A DNA stretch of 64,000 nt. Source: Planctomycetota bacterium. Lineage in GTDB: Bacteria > Planctomycetota > PLA2 > JAEUHO01. This document shows, piece after piece, positions 9,959-20,555 of the stretch. The stretch is from the NCBI GenBank assembly GCA_965223505.1, contig CBDCWP010000038.1:128001-192000 (forward strand). Direction: 5' to 3'. Each line of letters opens with the position of its first letter. Positions within the stretch are counted from its first letter, which is position 1. The notes under the pieces are model-generated. The model did no database searches and was not told where the DNA came from. It was given only the letters and a program-made list of their open reading frames with translations. The position numbers and the translations under genes are program-made.

Positions 9959-10420
9959 ATGAGCGACCGCCACAGTGCAGCGATGCTGTTTCAACAGGGC
10001 GTTCGTCGCTCCGAGGTCGCGCGACGCCTCGGCGTCTCGCGCTCGACGGCGACCGAATGGTATCGACGCTGGTGCGCGGGGGGCGCCGAGGCGTTGACCC
10101 GGGCGAGGCGGCCGGGTCGCAAACCGAAGCTCACGATGACGGGTGCCGTCGATCGGATCCACAACGCGCTCGAAGGAACGCCGCGAGACGCGGGCTTCGA
10201 CCTCGACCAGTGGTCGCTCGCCTCCGTGTCGGCGCTCATCGCGCGCACGACCGGCGTGTCCTATCACCCCCGCCACGTCGTTCGCGTGCTCCGGCGATTC
10301 GGCTGGGTCGTGGCTCCGGTCGGGGCGTCGGCGCAGCATGCGTTTCGTCAGTCCGACTGGGCCGACCCCGACGGCAACGCGCTCTTGCTGCGTCTTCGCG
10401 TCCGTTCGGCGCGGAGTTAG
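9959..10420 (+). CDS. IS630-type winged HTH protein with VOC-like C-terminal tail; no DDE domain
   Basis: EVARRLGVSRSTATEW, PGRKPKL, W-S-L...GVSYHPRHVVRVLRRFG, then ADPDGNALLL. Confidence 0.7.
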   Translation: MSDRHSAAMLFQQGVRRSEVARRLGVSRSTATEWYRRWCAGGAEALTRARRPGRKPKLTMTGAVDRIHNALEGTPRDAGFDLDQWSLASVSALIARTTGVSYHPRHVVRVLRRFGWVVAPVGASAQHAFRQSDWADPDGNALLLRLRVRSARS

Positions 10421-11046
10421 CGCGCCTCGTACTTCAGCATCAGGTTCTCGGTCTGGATCTGACCCTTCTGATAGCTGCGCGCCCGCAACGCCACCGGGAT
10501 GGCGGGGTGGATGACGAGCTCCGCGATGAGCTCCTCCTCCTCCTTCGAGGTGTTGTACATCTTGACCACGAAGCCCTCTTGCCCGGCGATGGTCTCCTTC
10601 GCCGTCACCTTCGCCAGCATGCCGCCGAAATAGCTCATCTTCTCGCCGACCTCGAGCTCGAGCTGCCCGAGCAACGCCTGGTACATCAGGAAGTGCATGC
10701 CGGTCATCTGGGCGAGGCCCAGGTGCATGGCGCCGAACGCGAGCTGCGGCCCCTTGATGTCGCGCGCGGGCACCGTGTGCTCCTGCGACGTTCGAACGCG
10801 GTACATCGGCTGGCCCCGCGCGTCCTTCTCTTGGGTCGCCTGGATGTCGATGTCGTAGACGACGACCTTCGCGTTGCCCTTCCGGTCGTACCTCGTGCCC
10901 TGCATCTTGTAGTAGAGCGGCTTCGCCTCCTTGGGCATCTTCCACTTCTCGGCGCCGCTGAGCGACGGCAGCGCCAGGACCGCCACGGCTGCGGCAACGA
11001 AGAGTCGCGGGATCGATCCGAACGGGGCGCGGTGAGAGCTCGGCAT
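10417..11046 (-). CDS. Hypothetical secreted protein
   Basis: AAGGAGG RBS, signal peptide, GC3-biased codons. Confidence 0.7.
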   Translation of the reverse strand: MPSSHRAPFGSIPRLFVAAAVAVLALPSLSGAEKWKMPKEAKPLYYKMQGTRYDRKGNAKVVVYDIDIQATQEKDARGQPMYRVRTSQEHTVPARDIKGPQLAFGAMHLGLAQMTGMHFLMYQALLGQLELEVGEKMSYFGGMLAKVTAKETIAGQEGFVVKMYNTSKEEEELIAELVIHPAIPVALRARSYQKGQIQTENLMLKYEAR

Positions 11047-11114
11047 GGTCATCCTCCTTGGGAGCGAGCTTACACCCGACTGCGACAGCCCGGGGACGCT
11101 GCTATCTTGCGGCC

Positions 11115-12536
11115 ATGGCGCGGCGTTGGCAGGGACCGGCAATCCTCGGTGTAGCGATCACCATCGCCCTCGGCGTGTGGCTGTTGTCCGGACCATTCGA
11201 CGAGCCGGCGCTTCACGACACGCCGGACGCCGACGTCGCGGGTGACGAACGCCCGCAGCTTCACGGCGCCGGCGCGCCCGTTCCGAAGATCGCCGACGAG
11301 GCCGCGGACACCGGGGCGAAGCCCGCGGAGAAGAAGGACGTGAACCTCGCCGCCTTGATGGGTTGGGCGAACGGCAAGGACGATCCCGCGCTCCCGAAGG
11401 CGCGAGAGCCTTTGGACGTGCTCGTGATGGACCGCAGCGGCACACCCGTGCCGCGCGCGATCGTCGTCGCCGATTGGGGCGAATGGAAGACGCGGGCGTT
11501 CGAGACGGACGACGAAGGCCGCGTCGTCATGCAGATCGCCCCGAACTCGCGCGCACTGTCGGTCGTCGGGCAGAGCGGACGCAGCACCGGCCCGTTCTGT
11601 TTCGTCCACTATCACGCCCTCTCTCCCGGCGCACGCTCGACACGCATCGTGCTGCGCTGCTCGCGCGCGATCCGCGGACACGTCGACATCGGTGGACGAT
11701 CACCGGAGCGCGGCTCGGTGAGCGCGTATCGCATGGGCCGCCCGACCATGGAGGACGGCGAGCGGAAGATCTCGTTCTACCGCGTCGCAGGACTGGCGAC
11801 GAAGGTCACCGTGAATCCGGACGGCACGTTTCAGCTGAGCGTGACCGACGACATGCCTGTGACGCTGCTTTACGCAAGCTCCGAGTCCGACGACGCCCAC
11901 CGGGCGATCGTGAAGGACGTCGAACCGGGAACGATCGGTGTGCGGCTGAGCGCGCGCGTGCGGAAACGCGAGGCGACGCTGCGGCTACGGGTCCTCGCCC
12001 CCGACGGCAATCCGATCGTGGGCTTCCCCGTCACGTGTCAGGGCATCGGCGGTCAATCGCACGAGACGCAAACAACGGATGAAAACGGCCGCGCTCCGTT
12101 CGAGGTGTTCGACGGGTGGTTGTACCGCGTCGTGGTTCTGCCGTCGGCCGCTACGACGTCACCCTGGACGATCTTCAGCGGGACCGTCGTTGCGGACGGC
12201 GTCGAGCACGAGATCCGCACGGAGCCGGCGCCCGCCGACATCGAGGGCACGGTCGTGGACGAACGAGGCCGGCCCGTGAAGGGCGCGTGGGTGTGCGTCA
12301 TCGCCGGCGCGGAGTACAAGGCGTGCATGCCGACCAAGGAGGACGGCACGTTTGCCGGGTCGGCCAACGTGCCCGCGGGCACGCGCGTTCACGTCTACGC
12401 ACGATTCCCGATGGAGAAGCCGACGGCACGCGGTTACGCCGAGAATGTCGTCGTCGGCGATCCGGTCCACCTCGAGCTCGAAGAGCTCGGCCCGCTCTCG
12501 GCGAAGGCCGTGAACTGGAAGGTCACGACGAAGTAG
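11115..12536 (+). CDS. Membrane-anchored carboxypeptidase-regulatory-like domain protein
   Basis: N-terminal TM, repeated V.D.xGxPV.xA.V and TDxxG motifs; TATCTT-N6-ATG. Confidence 0.75.
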   Translation: MARRWQGPAILGVAITIALGVWLLSGPFDEPALHDTPDADVAGDERPQLHGAGAPVPKIADEAADTGAKPAEKKDVNLAALMGWANGKDDPALPKAREPLDVLVMDRSGTPVPRAIVVADWGEWKTRAFETDDEGRVVMQIAPNSRALSVVGQSGRSTGPFCFVHYHALSPGARSTRIVLRCSRAIRGHVDIGGRSPERGSVSAYRMGRPTMEDGERKISFYRVAGLATKVTVNPDGTFQLSVTDDMPVTLLYASSESDDAHRAIVKDVEPGTIGVRLSARVRKREATLRLRVLAPDGNPIVGFPVTCQGIGGQSHETQTTDENGRAPFEVFDGWLYRVVVLPSAATTSPWTIFSGTVVADGVEHEIRTEPAPADIEGTVVDERGRPVKGAWVCVIAGAEYKACMPTKEDGTFAGSANVPAGTRVHVYARFPMEKPTARGYAENVVVGDPVHLELEELGPLSAKAVNWKVTTK

Positions 12537-12617
12537 GTCGCGTCCTTCCGATCACTCGTTCTTGACCCCCCGGCTCCGGTCGGATACTCCCGGGGGTCCC
12601 CAGGGAGGAGCCAGACG

Positions 12618-12965
12618 ATGAGTGAAACGCAGAGCGCGCCGGGCGCCGTAGGAAGCATGGTGTGCGGAATCATCTCCGTCGTGCTGTGTTGGACGCCGTT
12701 CATCGGTCTGATCCTGGGCATCATCGCGATCGTCCTGGCGGCCAAGGCACGGCGTGCAGCAGCCGAGACACCGGACACGTACACCACGGGCATGGCAACC
12801 GCAGGGTTGGTGCTGGGGATCATCGGAACGGTCATCGGCGGCATCTACAGCGTCATCTGGATCGTCGCCTTCGCGGCCGTGGGGACCGCGATCGACGAAG
12901 GCATGAAGCAGATGGAGGAAGGCGCGCAGATCCGCTGGGACATCGCCCTTCGCCGCTACTTCTAG
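12618..12965 (+). CDS. DUF4190-like small membrane protein
   Basis: A.GSMVCGIIS...GMATAGLVLGIIG pattern; GGAGG RBS. Confidence 0.75.
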   Translation: MSETQSAPGAVGSMVCGIISVVLCWTPFIGLILGIIAIVLAAKARRAAAETPDTYTTGMATAGLVLGIIGTVIGGIYSVIWIVAFAAVGTAIDEGMKQMEEGAQIRWDIALRRYF

Positions 12966-12969
12966 ATCG

Positions 12970-14103
12970 CTATCTTCGTCCGCGGACCGGGAACGGGTTC
13001 GCGAACTCGCACTCGATGCTGGTGGCGTTGCCGTCGAAGTCGACCCCCGTGATGATCGCGTTTCCACGGAGGTGGATGTGCGCCCGCAACGCGCTCGGCG
13101 TCGTGAGCACGAAGGCCCCGGCTCGGCTCGTGCGGGTGCGCGTCAGTCGTACGAGGTCGCCGGATCGGAACGGACCGAACGGCCCCGAGCCCTCCGTGTC
13201 GGACACGTAGATCTCCGGATCCGGATCGGTGCCGTCGAACGCGTTGAGCTCGTACACGCCGTGGGAGACCGTCGGGCGCCGCAGCGTACGGCCCTGCGGC
13301 AGGTCGGCCGGCTCGCAGGTCACGAATGGACCGTCCGGCGACGGACGGATCTCGGACGCGAGCAACGCGCTGCCGCCCAACCGCGAGGCGGCGTTGCCGA
13401 GCACCTGCGCGAAGATGCCGATGGTCCAGACTCGAATGCTCGCGCCGTCCACCGACGGCGGAATGAACACGCTGTAGTTCTCGGGCACGCCGAGGATCTG
13501 CGTCGACGTGATGAGGTCGAACCCGTTCGGCCCCACGATCGGAGGATCCGTCGGCTCGCGGGTGTTCGTGCGCACGTTCGTAATGGCGCCGTCGGCCGGG
13601 AGGCCCGCGAGAACGTCGCCGGCAAACGACAGGTCGAATGTCGTCTCGACCCACTCCGCGCCGTCGTGTTCGACGTGCCCGCTGTACTCCATGAAGCCCG
13701 TCACCGTGACGTCGAGGAAGAATCCCAAGTCGGTGAAGTTGACGACGCCGAACTGCGCGAGACCGGACGTGCCCCCCACGATGATCGCCGGGTCCGGACC
13801 GGAGATGAAGTTGGCCGCGCCCGTGTTCGCGATGTCGATCGTCGCGGTACGCGACGCGGCGCTACCGTCGATCATCGACTCCGGCAACGTGAAGCTCGGG
13901 AAGCCCGGCGTCTCTTCCCGGGTCATGACGTCGTCGTGGTACTCCACGACGTGCAGCAGCCCGCTTTCGACGGGGACGCCACCGAGCTCGATCGTGGCCA
14001 GCATCCGAACGCGGTAGTCCGCGATCGCTCCGGCCTCCTTGTCGCCGAAGAACGGCGTCGCGACGAGCGCGAGCGCCAGAACCAGTCGAAGACCATGACG
14101 CAT
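12970..14103 (-). CDS. Hypothetical secreted protein
   Basis: GAGGAGG RBS, signal peptide, beta-rich sequence. Confidence 0.7.
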   Translation of the reverse strand: MRHGLRLVLALALVATPFFGDKEAGAIADYRVRMLATIELGGVPVESGLLHVVEYHDDVMTREETPGFPSFTLPESMIDGSAASRTATIDIANTGAANFISGPDPAIIVGGTSGLAQFGVVNFTDLGFFLDVTVTGFMEYSGHVEHDGAEWVETTFDLSFAGDVLAGLPADGAITNVRTNTREPTDPPIVGPNGFDLITSTQILGVPENYSVFIPPSVDGASIRVWTIGIFAQVLGNAASRLGGSALLASEIRPSPDGPFVTCEPADLPQGRTLRRPTVSHGVYELNAFDGTDPDPEIYVSDTEGSGPFGPFRSGDLVRLTRTRTSRAGAFVLTTPSALRAHIHLRGNAIITGVDFDGNATSIECEFANPFPVRGRR

Positions 14104-14219
14104 TGCGACCTCCTCATCCCCGGGGCTCCCAAGTGCGCTGAAGTGTAGACACGGCCGCCTTCGGATGGCAAGCCGCTTGGGCCGGCGCTATGGTGTGGCG
14201 CGCTGCGAAGGAGACCGCC

Positions 14220-14690
14220 ATGCCGACCAAAGCCGCGACCGTGAAGGACTACATCGACAGCCTGCCGGACGACCGTCGCAAGGCGATTCGCAAGGTGCGC
14301 GCCGCTGTGAACAAGGGCCTGCCCAAGGGCTACAAGGAAGGCATCCAGTACGGCATGATCGGTTGGTACGTCCCTCACCGGCTCTTTCCCGCCGGATACC
14401 ACTGTGATCCCTCGCAGGGTGTGCCGTTCGCGGGACTCGCCTCCCAGAAGAACTACATGTCGCTCTATCTGATGTGCATCTACGGCGACGAGAAGCAGCG
14501 CAAGCAGTTCGAGAAGGACTGGAAGAAGACAGGGCACAAGCTGAACATGGGCAAGTCCTGTATCCGCTTCAAGAGCGCGGACGACGTGCCGTTGGACGTG
14601 GTCACGAAGGCCGTGGCGCGCGTTCCGGTCGACATCTTCATCGCGCACTACGAGAAATCGATCCCTGCGAGCAAGCGCAAGAAGCGCTGA
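14220..14690 (+). CDS. DUF1801 domain protein
   Basis: LASQKNYMSLYL and MGKSCIRFK motifs; AAGGAG RBS. Confidence 0.88.
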   Translation: MPTKAATVKDYIDSLPDDRRKAIRKVRAAVNKGLPKGYKEGIQYGMIGWYVPHRLFPAGYHCDPSQGVPFAGLASQKNYMSLYLMCIYGDEKQRKQFEKDWKKTGHKLNMGKSCIRFKSADDVPLDVVTKAVARVPVDIFIAHYEKSIPASKRKKR

Positions 14691-14701
14691 CGCCTCCGCG
14701 T

Positions 14702-15439
14702 TCAACCGCCCTTCTGAAACGTCTCCACGTCGAGCTGAAGCGCGTGGGGCTCGGAGGGCGCGGCGGCGACGTGCCGGACCCGCGCCTCCCCGGCCCACAG
14801 CTGATGGTTGCCGTCCACGATCTCGAGCACCGGCGCGGGGCCGTACTCGCGCGCCAACGCCATCGCCATGGTCGACACCTCGCGATCAGACAGGTCCAGG
14901 CCCTGATTCGGATTCGCGCGGAACGTCGCACGGGTATCGCTGAGGCCGGTCGTTCGGCCCGGCAGCATACGACCGCCGTATCCCTCCGTGGGTAGCAGAT
15001 AGGCTTCGTATTGCCGGCGCGCAGTCGGGCCGGTCAAGACGGGCGGCGGAGGCGGCGTTCCCATCGGCGGCAAGTCGAGATCGAGCACACGGGTCTCGTC
15101 GTCGGAGAGCGGTTCGGTGAACGAGCATCCGAGCTCGAGCGTGCCTTCGCGACCGCGCTCCTGCCCCAGGCGAACGACGTGAAGTCGCTTGCGCACGAGC
15201 TGGCCGAGCGCCTCGTGATCCAGATCCACGTTGAAGCGAGCGCCGAAGTGCTGCTCGACGACACGCCCGAGGCGCAGCAGGTCGTCGCCGTCGAGGCATC
15301 CAAGCGCTGCGAGGTCGACATGCAGGCGCAAGCCCATGCGGCTGATGTCCAGGACGGTGCCGCGGACGTCGGCGTCGCGGCCAAAGACACGGGCCGGCAG
15401 GTTGCACGGGACGCGCAGGGCGCGGCGCTGGTGGGTCAT
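14702..15439 (-). CDS. PilZ domain protein
   Basis: QRRALR and DISRMG c-di-GMP-binding motifs. Confidence 0.75.
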   Translation of the reverse strand: MTHQRRALRVPCNLPARVFGRDADVRGTVLDISRMGLRLHVDLAALGCLDGDDLLRLGRVVEQHFGARFNVDLDHEALGQLVRKRLHVVRLGQERGREGTLELGCSFTEPLSDDETRVLDLDLPPMGTPPPPPVLTGPTARRQYEAYLLPTEGYGGRMLPGRTTGLSDTRATFRANPNQGLDLSDREVSTMAMALAREYGPAPVLEIVDGNHQLWAGEARVRHVAAAPSEPHALQLDVETFQKGG

Positions 15440-15597
15440 CGCGGACTCTCCGCCCCGCCACCACCGACCTCCGGAACTCCTTTCGACCACTCATGAACGT
15501 CTCTGAACACTTGATGCGCCGTCAGACGGTTTTTGGGGGGAGTCCAAGCCGGACGTCTCAGTTCGAGACGGGTGAAACGGCCTCGAGCCTGGGCGGG

Positions 15598-16737
15598 TCA
15601 GGTGCGCGCGCGGATCTCGTAGCGCAGCCAACGGCAGTCGATCGGGCCGTTCATCACGGGCACGCGCCTGCTCACGCGCAGGCCCAGGTACCGCGTCAGC
15701 GCCTTGTTGCCCGAGAGCACCCAGGCCGTCGCGCCTGCGCACCGCCGGTGCAGGAAGTTCCCGAGCGCCACCCACGAGTCCTCGAGGTCGCCGTCTTCGC
15801 CGAGGCGCTCTCCGTAGGGCGGATTGCACACCACGACGGCCGGTGGCGCCGCCGGCTCGAACGAGCGGGCGTCGCCCACGGTGAAGTCGACCAGCCCATC
15901 GACGTTCGCCTCCCACGCGCCGCGCTTCGCCAGGTCGATCGCGCCGCGATGGCGATCCGACCCCTGGATCGGAAAGTCGAGGGAGTGTCGTGCGCGGGCC
16001 TTCGCGTCGTCGAGCAAGGCGGTCCACAGCGCTTCGTCGAAGTCCGGCCATCGCTCGAACGGAAAGGCGCGGCTCAGCCCCGGCGCGCGATCGGTCGCGA
16101 GCAGCGCCGCTTCGATCGGAAGGGTGCCGGAGCCGCACATCGGATCGACGAGCGGCGAAGCCCGGTCCCAGTCGCTCAGCAACAGGAGGCCTGCCGCCGT
16201 CGCCTCGTTGAGCGGGCTCTTGACCTGCACCGGCCGGTAGCCGCGCTTATGCAGGCTCTTTCCGGCGTAGTCGCGGTAGAGCAGCAGCCGCGTGCCCTGC
16301 AGAACGAGCTTGAGCGGCAGGTCGGGGGTCTTGCGATCGATGCTGGGCCGCGCGCCATGCCGCGCCCGGACCACGTCGACGATGGCGTCCTTGGCCTTCA
16401 GTGTGACGAAACCGGAATGCCGCATCGAGGGCGCGTCGCGTACGCTCGAGTAGATCGCAAGCGTTTGATCCGGCGCGATCCACTCGTTCCAGTCGATGTC
16501 CGCGACGGCGTCGTACAGGTCATCGGCATCGTGAACTTGCGCGCGCAGGAGCTCTTCCTGCACGCGAATCGCCGAGCGCAGCCAGAGACACGCCGCGTAC
16601 CCCAGACGCCGGTCGCCGCGAAACGCGACGCCGCCGCGGCGCACCTCGATGTCGAGCGCGCCGAGCTCGCGCAGCTCGCCCTCGAGCGCAGGCTCGAGGC
16701 CTTTGCTGCACGCGGCGAAGTAGGGCCGGTCCCCCAT
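15598..16737 (-). CDS. THUMP-domain rRNA methyltransferase (RlmL-like)
   Basis: SLHKRGYR, DPMCGSGT and NPPYGER motifs. Confidence 0.92.
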   Translation of the reverse strand: MGDRPYFAACSKGLEPALEGELRELGALDIEVRRGGVAFRGDRRLGYAACLWLRSAIRVQEELLRAQVHDADDLYDAVADIDWNEWIAPDQTLAIYSSVRDAPSMRHSGFVTLKAKDAIVDVVRARHGARPSIDRKTPDLPLKLVLQGTRLLLYRDYAGKSLHKRGYRPVQVKSPLNEATAAGLLLLSDWDRASPLVDPMCGSGTLPIEAALLATDRAPGLSRAFPFERWPDFDEALWTALLDDAKARARHSLDFPIQGSDRHRGAIDLAKRGAWEANVDGLVDFTVGDARSFEPAAPPAVVVCNPPYGERLGEDGDLEDSWVALGNFLHRRCAGATAWVLSGNKALTRYLGLRVSRRVPVMNGPIDCRWLRYEIRART

Positions 16738-16797
16738 ACGGGAACCGTATGCCGGGTGCGTTCTCGCGAGCGAATCAAACCCGTGAGACGACCTGCG

Positions 16798-18033
16798 CTA
16801 CCGCGTGCTTCGCCACCAATCAGTCCATTGCGAGCCGACCACATTCGGCCGGTTGTTCATGAACTTGATCGCGGCGCCGGGCGGCGCGCTGGGGGGCGTC
16901 ACGCCCTTCGGCCCCGCGTCGAGGATGCGCCACCACAGGGCCAGTATGCCCGGCCAGCCGGTCGCGCCGTCCGGAAGCGGCTTGGGCGGCTCGTCGAGGA
17001 TGCGACGGGTCTGCCACGCGTCGTAGCGCGCGGTGTAGAGCGCAAGCCTGGCTTCCTCCTTTTTGTTGCGTTTCGCCTTCGCCGTCAGCGACCTCGACGC
17101 CCGGCCTTCTTCGTCGGAGAGCTCGATGGTCGCGCCGAGAATGCGCTTCCCGCGCGCCTTCAGGATCGCCGCCGGCAGCGCATGTAGCGCGACGATCGCT
17201 TCCTCGAGCACGGCGGGCGCCGTCTCGGGCATGTGATCGAGCATCAACGGAACCGCATCCGCGTCGCCCGCCGTGCCCAACGCGTGCAGCATCGCCACGA
17301 GCGTCGCGTCCGCCACCCGGTCCTTCTTCTTCTTGCGCCACTTCCCGAGCATCACACGCGACGCCTTGCACGGCACGAGTGCGAGCGCGACGACGATCTC
17401 GCGCTCGAGCGCTTCCGGCGCTTTCGCCAACACCTTGCGTACGGCACTCTCGACGGCGCGGCCGGCACGCTTGGGGTCGTCGGTGACGTCGCAGCCGCCG
17501 ATGCACGCGATGGAGCTCCGCAGGGCCTCGACCAACGCGCCCCGGGCAGGCTCGCTGGTCGCGCGCGGCCAAAGACGCGGCGCGTTCGCTGCCAACCAGA
17601 CATGAGCGCCTCCGCACCGCGACGCACGACAGGCCTCAGACAGACCGGTCACGAGCCGGGCATCGTCGATCGGGCCCGCGAGCGCGGCATCCAGGATCGC
17701 GCGCCCCGACTTGCGGCAGACCGCCGCCGCCACCGCCCAGACGCGAACGCGCACGTCGTACGGCGCGGTCCGGGAAAGCGCGGTCAGCGTCGGCATGAGG
17801 TCATCGAGCACGTTGTCGTCGATCGATTCGATACTCTCTCGAAGCGCCGCAGCCATCTCGTCGAGCGCGTCGTCCACCGCGGACGCATCGTTCCGGCCGT
17901 TCGCTTCGTAGTGCTCGGCCGCGGCGCGAAGCTTCGTCGCAGCCGTCAGCGCCCGGTCCACGCCCTCGTCGGCGTTCGCGTGCGATGGCAGGAACCAGAT
18001 ACAAAGCACCGCGCACAGCGAAGTCGTTCGCAT
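16798..18033 (-). CDS. Hypothetical secreted helical (HEAT-like) protein
   Basis: Signal peptide ending ANA; amphipathic helical repeats. Confidence 0.6.
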   Translation of the reverse strand: MRTTSLCAVLCIWFLPSHANADEGVDRALTAATKLRAAAEHYEANGRNDASAVDDALDEMAAALRESIESIDDNVLDDLMPTLTALSRTAPYDVRVRVWAVAAAVCRKSGRAILDAALAGPIDDARLVTGLSEACRASRCGGAHVWLAANAPRLWPRATSEPARGALVEALRSSIACIGGCDVTDDPKRAGRAVESAVRKVLAKAPEALEREIVVALALVPCKASRVMLGKWRKKKKDRVADATLVAMLHALGTAGDADAVPLMLDHMPETAPAVLEEAIVALHALPAAILKARGKRILGATIELSDEEGRASRSLTAKAKRNKKEEARLALYTARYDAWQTRRILDEPPKPLPDGATGWPGILALWWRILDAGPKGVTPPSAPPGAAIKFMNNRPNVVGSQWTDWWRSTR

Positions 18034-18131
18034 CGAGCTGCCGTCCTTCCCGTTGGTTCCAACGCCGTCAGCGCTCCCCTTGCATCGAAAACCGGCATCG
18101 CGCCTCACGCCCTCTTGTACCCTCCCGTGCC

Positions 18132-20555
18132 GTGACGCGCTTCCGCAAGCTCATCTCCGACAGCTGGTGGCTGATCCTGCTGGTGCTGGCGGGCGCGGTG
18201 GTCTTCCTCGGGCCGTGGGTGCCCAAGCTGCGGGTGCACGCGGGAACGTCGGTCTTGCTCGGCGAGAACGACCCGGACCTGGCGTACTACGACAGCACGC
18301 GCCCCCTGTGGGGCTACGACGAGTACGCGATCGTGTGCGTCACGCGCGACGACTGGATCAATCCGGAGGGCGTCGCGATGCTCGAGGAGCTCGTGGCGGA
18401 CCTGGAAGCCGTCCCCCACGTGCGGCCCGTCGTTTCGCTGCTCGACGTGCCCTTGCTTCGGCAAGAGCCGGGGCGGTTCATCAACCCGGCGGCGGTCAAG
18501 ACACTCGACGACGAGGGCGTCGACTTCGACCTCGCGCGCGAGGAGCTCGTCAACCACACCCAGGCGCGCGGCAACCTGATCTCGGCCGACGGACGCGCCG
18601 TGTCGATCCTGGCATATCTCGACATTCCGCCGGAAGCGATCGAGCTCGACAAGATGTGGTCCGCGCTGCGCGGGCGAAGGCTGACCGACCCGGAGGCGGC
18701 AGCGGAGATCGAGCGCCGGCAGCCCGAGCGCGACGCGGCGGTCGCCGAGTTCGCCGCCCGACGGATCGAGATGGTTCAAGGCGTGCGCGAGGTGGCCGCG
18801 AAGTGGGAGACGAAGCTCGACGAGCCCGTGCGGCTCTCCGGCATCTCGGTCATCAACACGAACATCAAGGAGCATCTCAACGCGGACCTGAGCACGTTCA
18901 GCATCGTCTCGCTCGTCTTCTTCACGGTGGCGTTCCTGCTCGTGTATCGCAAGCTGCGGTTCGTCTGGCTGCCGATGGTCACGTGCGTGCTCCCGGTCGT
19001 GCTGATCGTCGGGGCGATGAGCTTCCTCGACGTGACCGTGACCCTCATCACGGCGAACCTGCCGCTGCTGCTGTTCACGCTGGTGCTGCCGTACGCCGTC
19101 TACTTCATCGAGCGCTACAGGGAGCGGCGCGCCGTCGAACCCGGTGAGCCGGGCCAGGACAGCACGGCCCATGCGGCCAGCCGGATCTGGTTGCCGTGTC
19201 TGTTCTCGTGCACGACGACGATGGCGGGGTTCGCGGCGCTGTTGACCAGCGACACGCGGCCCGTGCACGACTTCGGGCTGTTCATGGTGATCGGCATGGG
19301 CGCGGGGTTGATCATCGTGTTCCTGGCCATCCCGGCGATGTCGCGCCCGCTGCCGGCCATGACGGTCGCGTCGGCGGGCGCCAAGGCCGGGCCGACCAAG
19401 ATCGTGCGGCTCTTCGAACGGGCCGCGTTGAACGCGCCGGTCCCGGTCGTGATCGGGACGGCGGCGGTGCTCGCACTGGCGATCTGGGGCGCGACCCGGA
19501 TCAGCGCGCAGTCCAAGGTCACCGAGTATTTCAAGGACGACAGCGAGGTCTACCTCGGACTCGAGTACATCGACAGGGAGATGGGCGGTACGACGCCGCT
19601 CGAGATCATGATCGAGTCCGAGGAAGAAGGCTTCTTCTTGAAGCCCGAGGGCCTCGAGGCGTTGGCGGCCGCCGGGCGATTCTTCGACGGCGTGAGAGAA
19701 ACAGGCAGCGTCCGTTCCCTACACACGATGGTGGAGGAGCTGAAGAAGAAGAACGAGAACATCGTGCCCGTGCTGCCGTTCCTGGCCAAGCAGGAGATGG
19801 TGCGCAACGTCACGAGGGAGTTCGCCAACGAGGACTACACCATCTCTCGCGTGCTCGTCCGACTACGGGAGACCGCCCCCACGCTCGACCGCGACGTGAT
19901 CCTGCGTGACCTACGCGCGTACCTGGAAGCGCAACCCGAGCTCGAGGGGCTGAAGGTGCGCGAGACCGGCGTGTTCCTGCTCTACAACAACATGTTGAAC
20001 AGCCTCGTACGCACGCAGAAGCGCACCTTCTACTACGTCGTGCTGGCGATCTTCCTGATGCTGCTCGTGTTGTTCCGGTCGATCCCGCTCGCGATTCTCG
20101 TGCTGCTGCCGCAGGTGCTGCCCGCCGTCGCCACGCTCGGTGCGATGGGCTGGATGGGAATTCCGCTCGACCTCATCACGGTGGTCATCGCGTCCATCGC
20201 GATGGGCATCGGCATCGACGCGTCCATCCAGTACACGTTCCGCTACCGGCACGAGCTCGACCGCGACGGCGATCCGCGTGCGGCGCTCACACGCGCGCAC
20301 GCCACGATCGGACGCGCGATCTGGATCGCGACGTCGGTGATCATCGCGGGGTTCCTGATCCTGGTGCTGTCGGAGTTCCGGCCTTCGATCTGGTTCGGCC
20401 TGTTCACGGCGATCGCGATGTTGATCAGCCAGGTGGCGGCGCTGACGACGCTGCCGTCGCTGTTCCTGCTGACCGGACTGCCGAAGCCGCGGAAGACCGC
20501 TACGACGCCTCCGGTTGCCCAAGCTCCGCAAGACGCTCCTTCGCCAGGGCCTTGA
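18132..20555 (+). CDS. MMPL/RND family transporter
   Basis: Two TM bundles with periplasmic loops; TTMAGF and IAMGIGID motifs. Confidence 0.9.
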   Translation: MTRFRKLISDSWWLILLVLAGAVVFLGPWVPKLRVHAGTSVLLGENDPDLAYYDSTRPLWGYDEYAIVCVTRDDWINPEGVAMLEELVADLEAVPHVRPVVSLLDVPLLRQEPGRFINPAAVKTLDDEGVDFDLAREELVNHTQARGNLISADGRAVSILAYLDIPPEAIELDKMWSALRGRRLTDPEAAAEIERRQPERDAAVAEFAARRIEMVQGVREVAAKWETKLDEPVRLSGISVINTNIKEHLNADLSTFSIVSLVFFTVAFLLVYRKLRFVWLPMVTCVLPVVLIVGAMSFLDVTVTLITANLPLLLFTLVLPYAVYFIERYRERRAVEPGEPGQDSTAHAASRIWLPCLFSCTTTMAGFAALLTSDTRPVHDFGLFMVIGMGAGLIIVFLAIPAMSRPLPAMTVASAGAKAGPTKIVRLFERAALNAPVPVVIGTAAVLALAIWGATRISAQSKVTEYFKDDSEVYLGLEYIDREMGGTTPLEIMIESEEEGFFLKPEGLEALAAAGRFFDGVRETGSVRSLHTMVEELKKKNENIVPVLPFLAKQEMVRNVTREFANEDYTISRVLVRLRETAPTLDRDVILRDLRAYLEAQPELEGLKVRETGVFLLYNNMLNSLVRTQKRTFYYVVLAIFLMLLVLFRSIPLAILVLLPQVLPAVATLGAMGWMGIPLDLITVVIASIAMGIGIDASIQYTFRYRHELDRDGDPRAALTRAHATIGRAIWIATSVIIAGFLILVLSEFRPSIWFGLFTAIAMLISQVAALTTLPSLFLLTGLPKPRKTATTPPVAQAPQDAPSPGP

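Noticed and set aside
9959..10420. Active IS630 element
   Set aside because: No DDE catalytic region or terminal repeats seen
20500..20555. Convergent 3' overlaps (also 52258-52274) as antisense regulation
   Set aside because: Common in compact high-GC genomes; no further support
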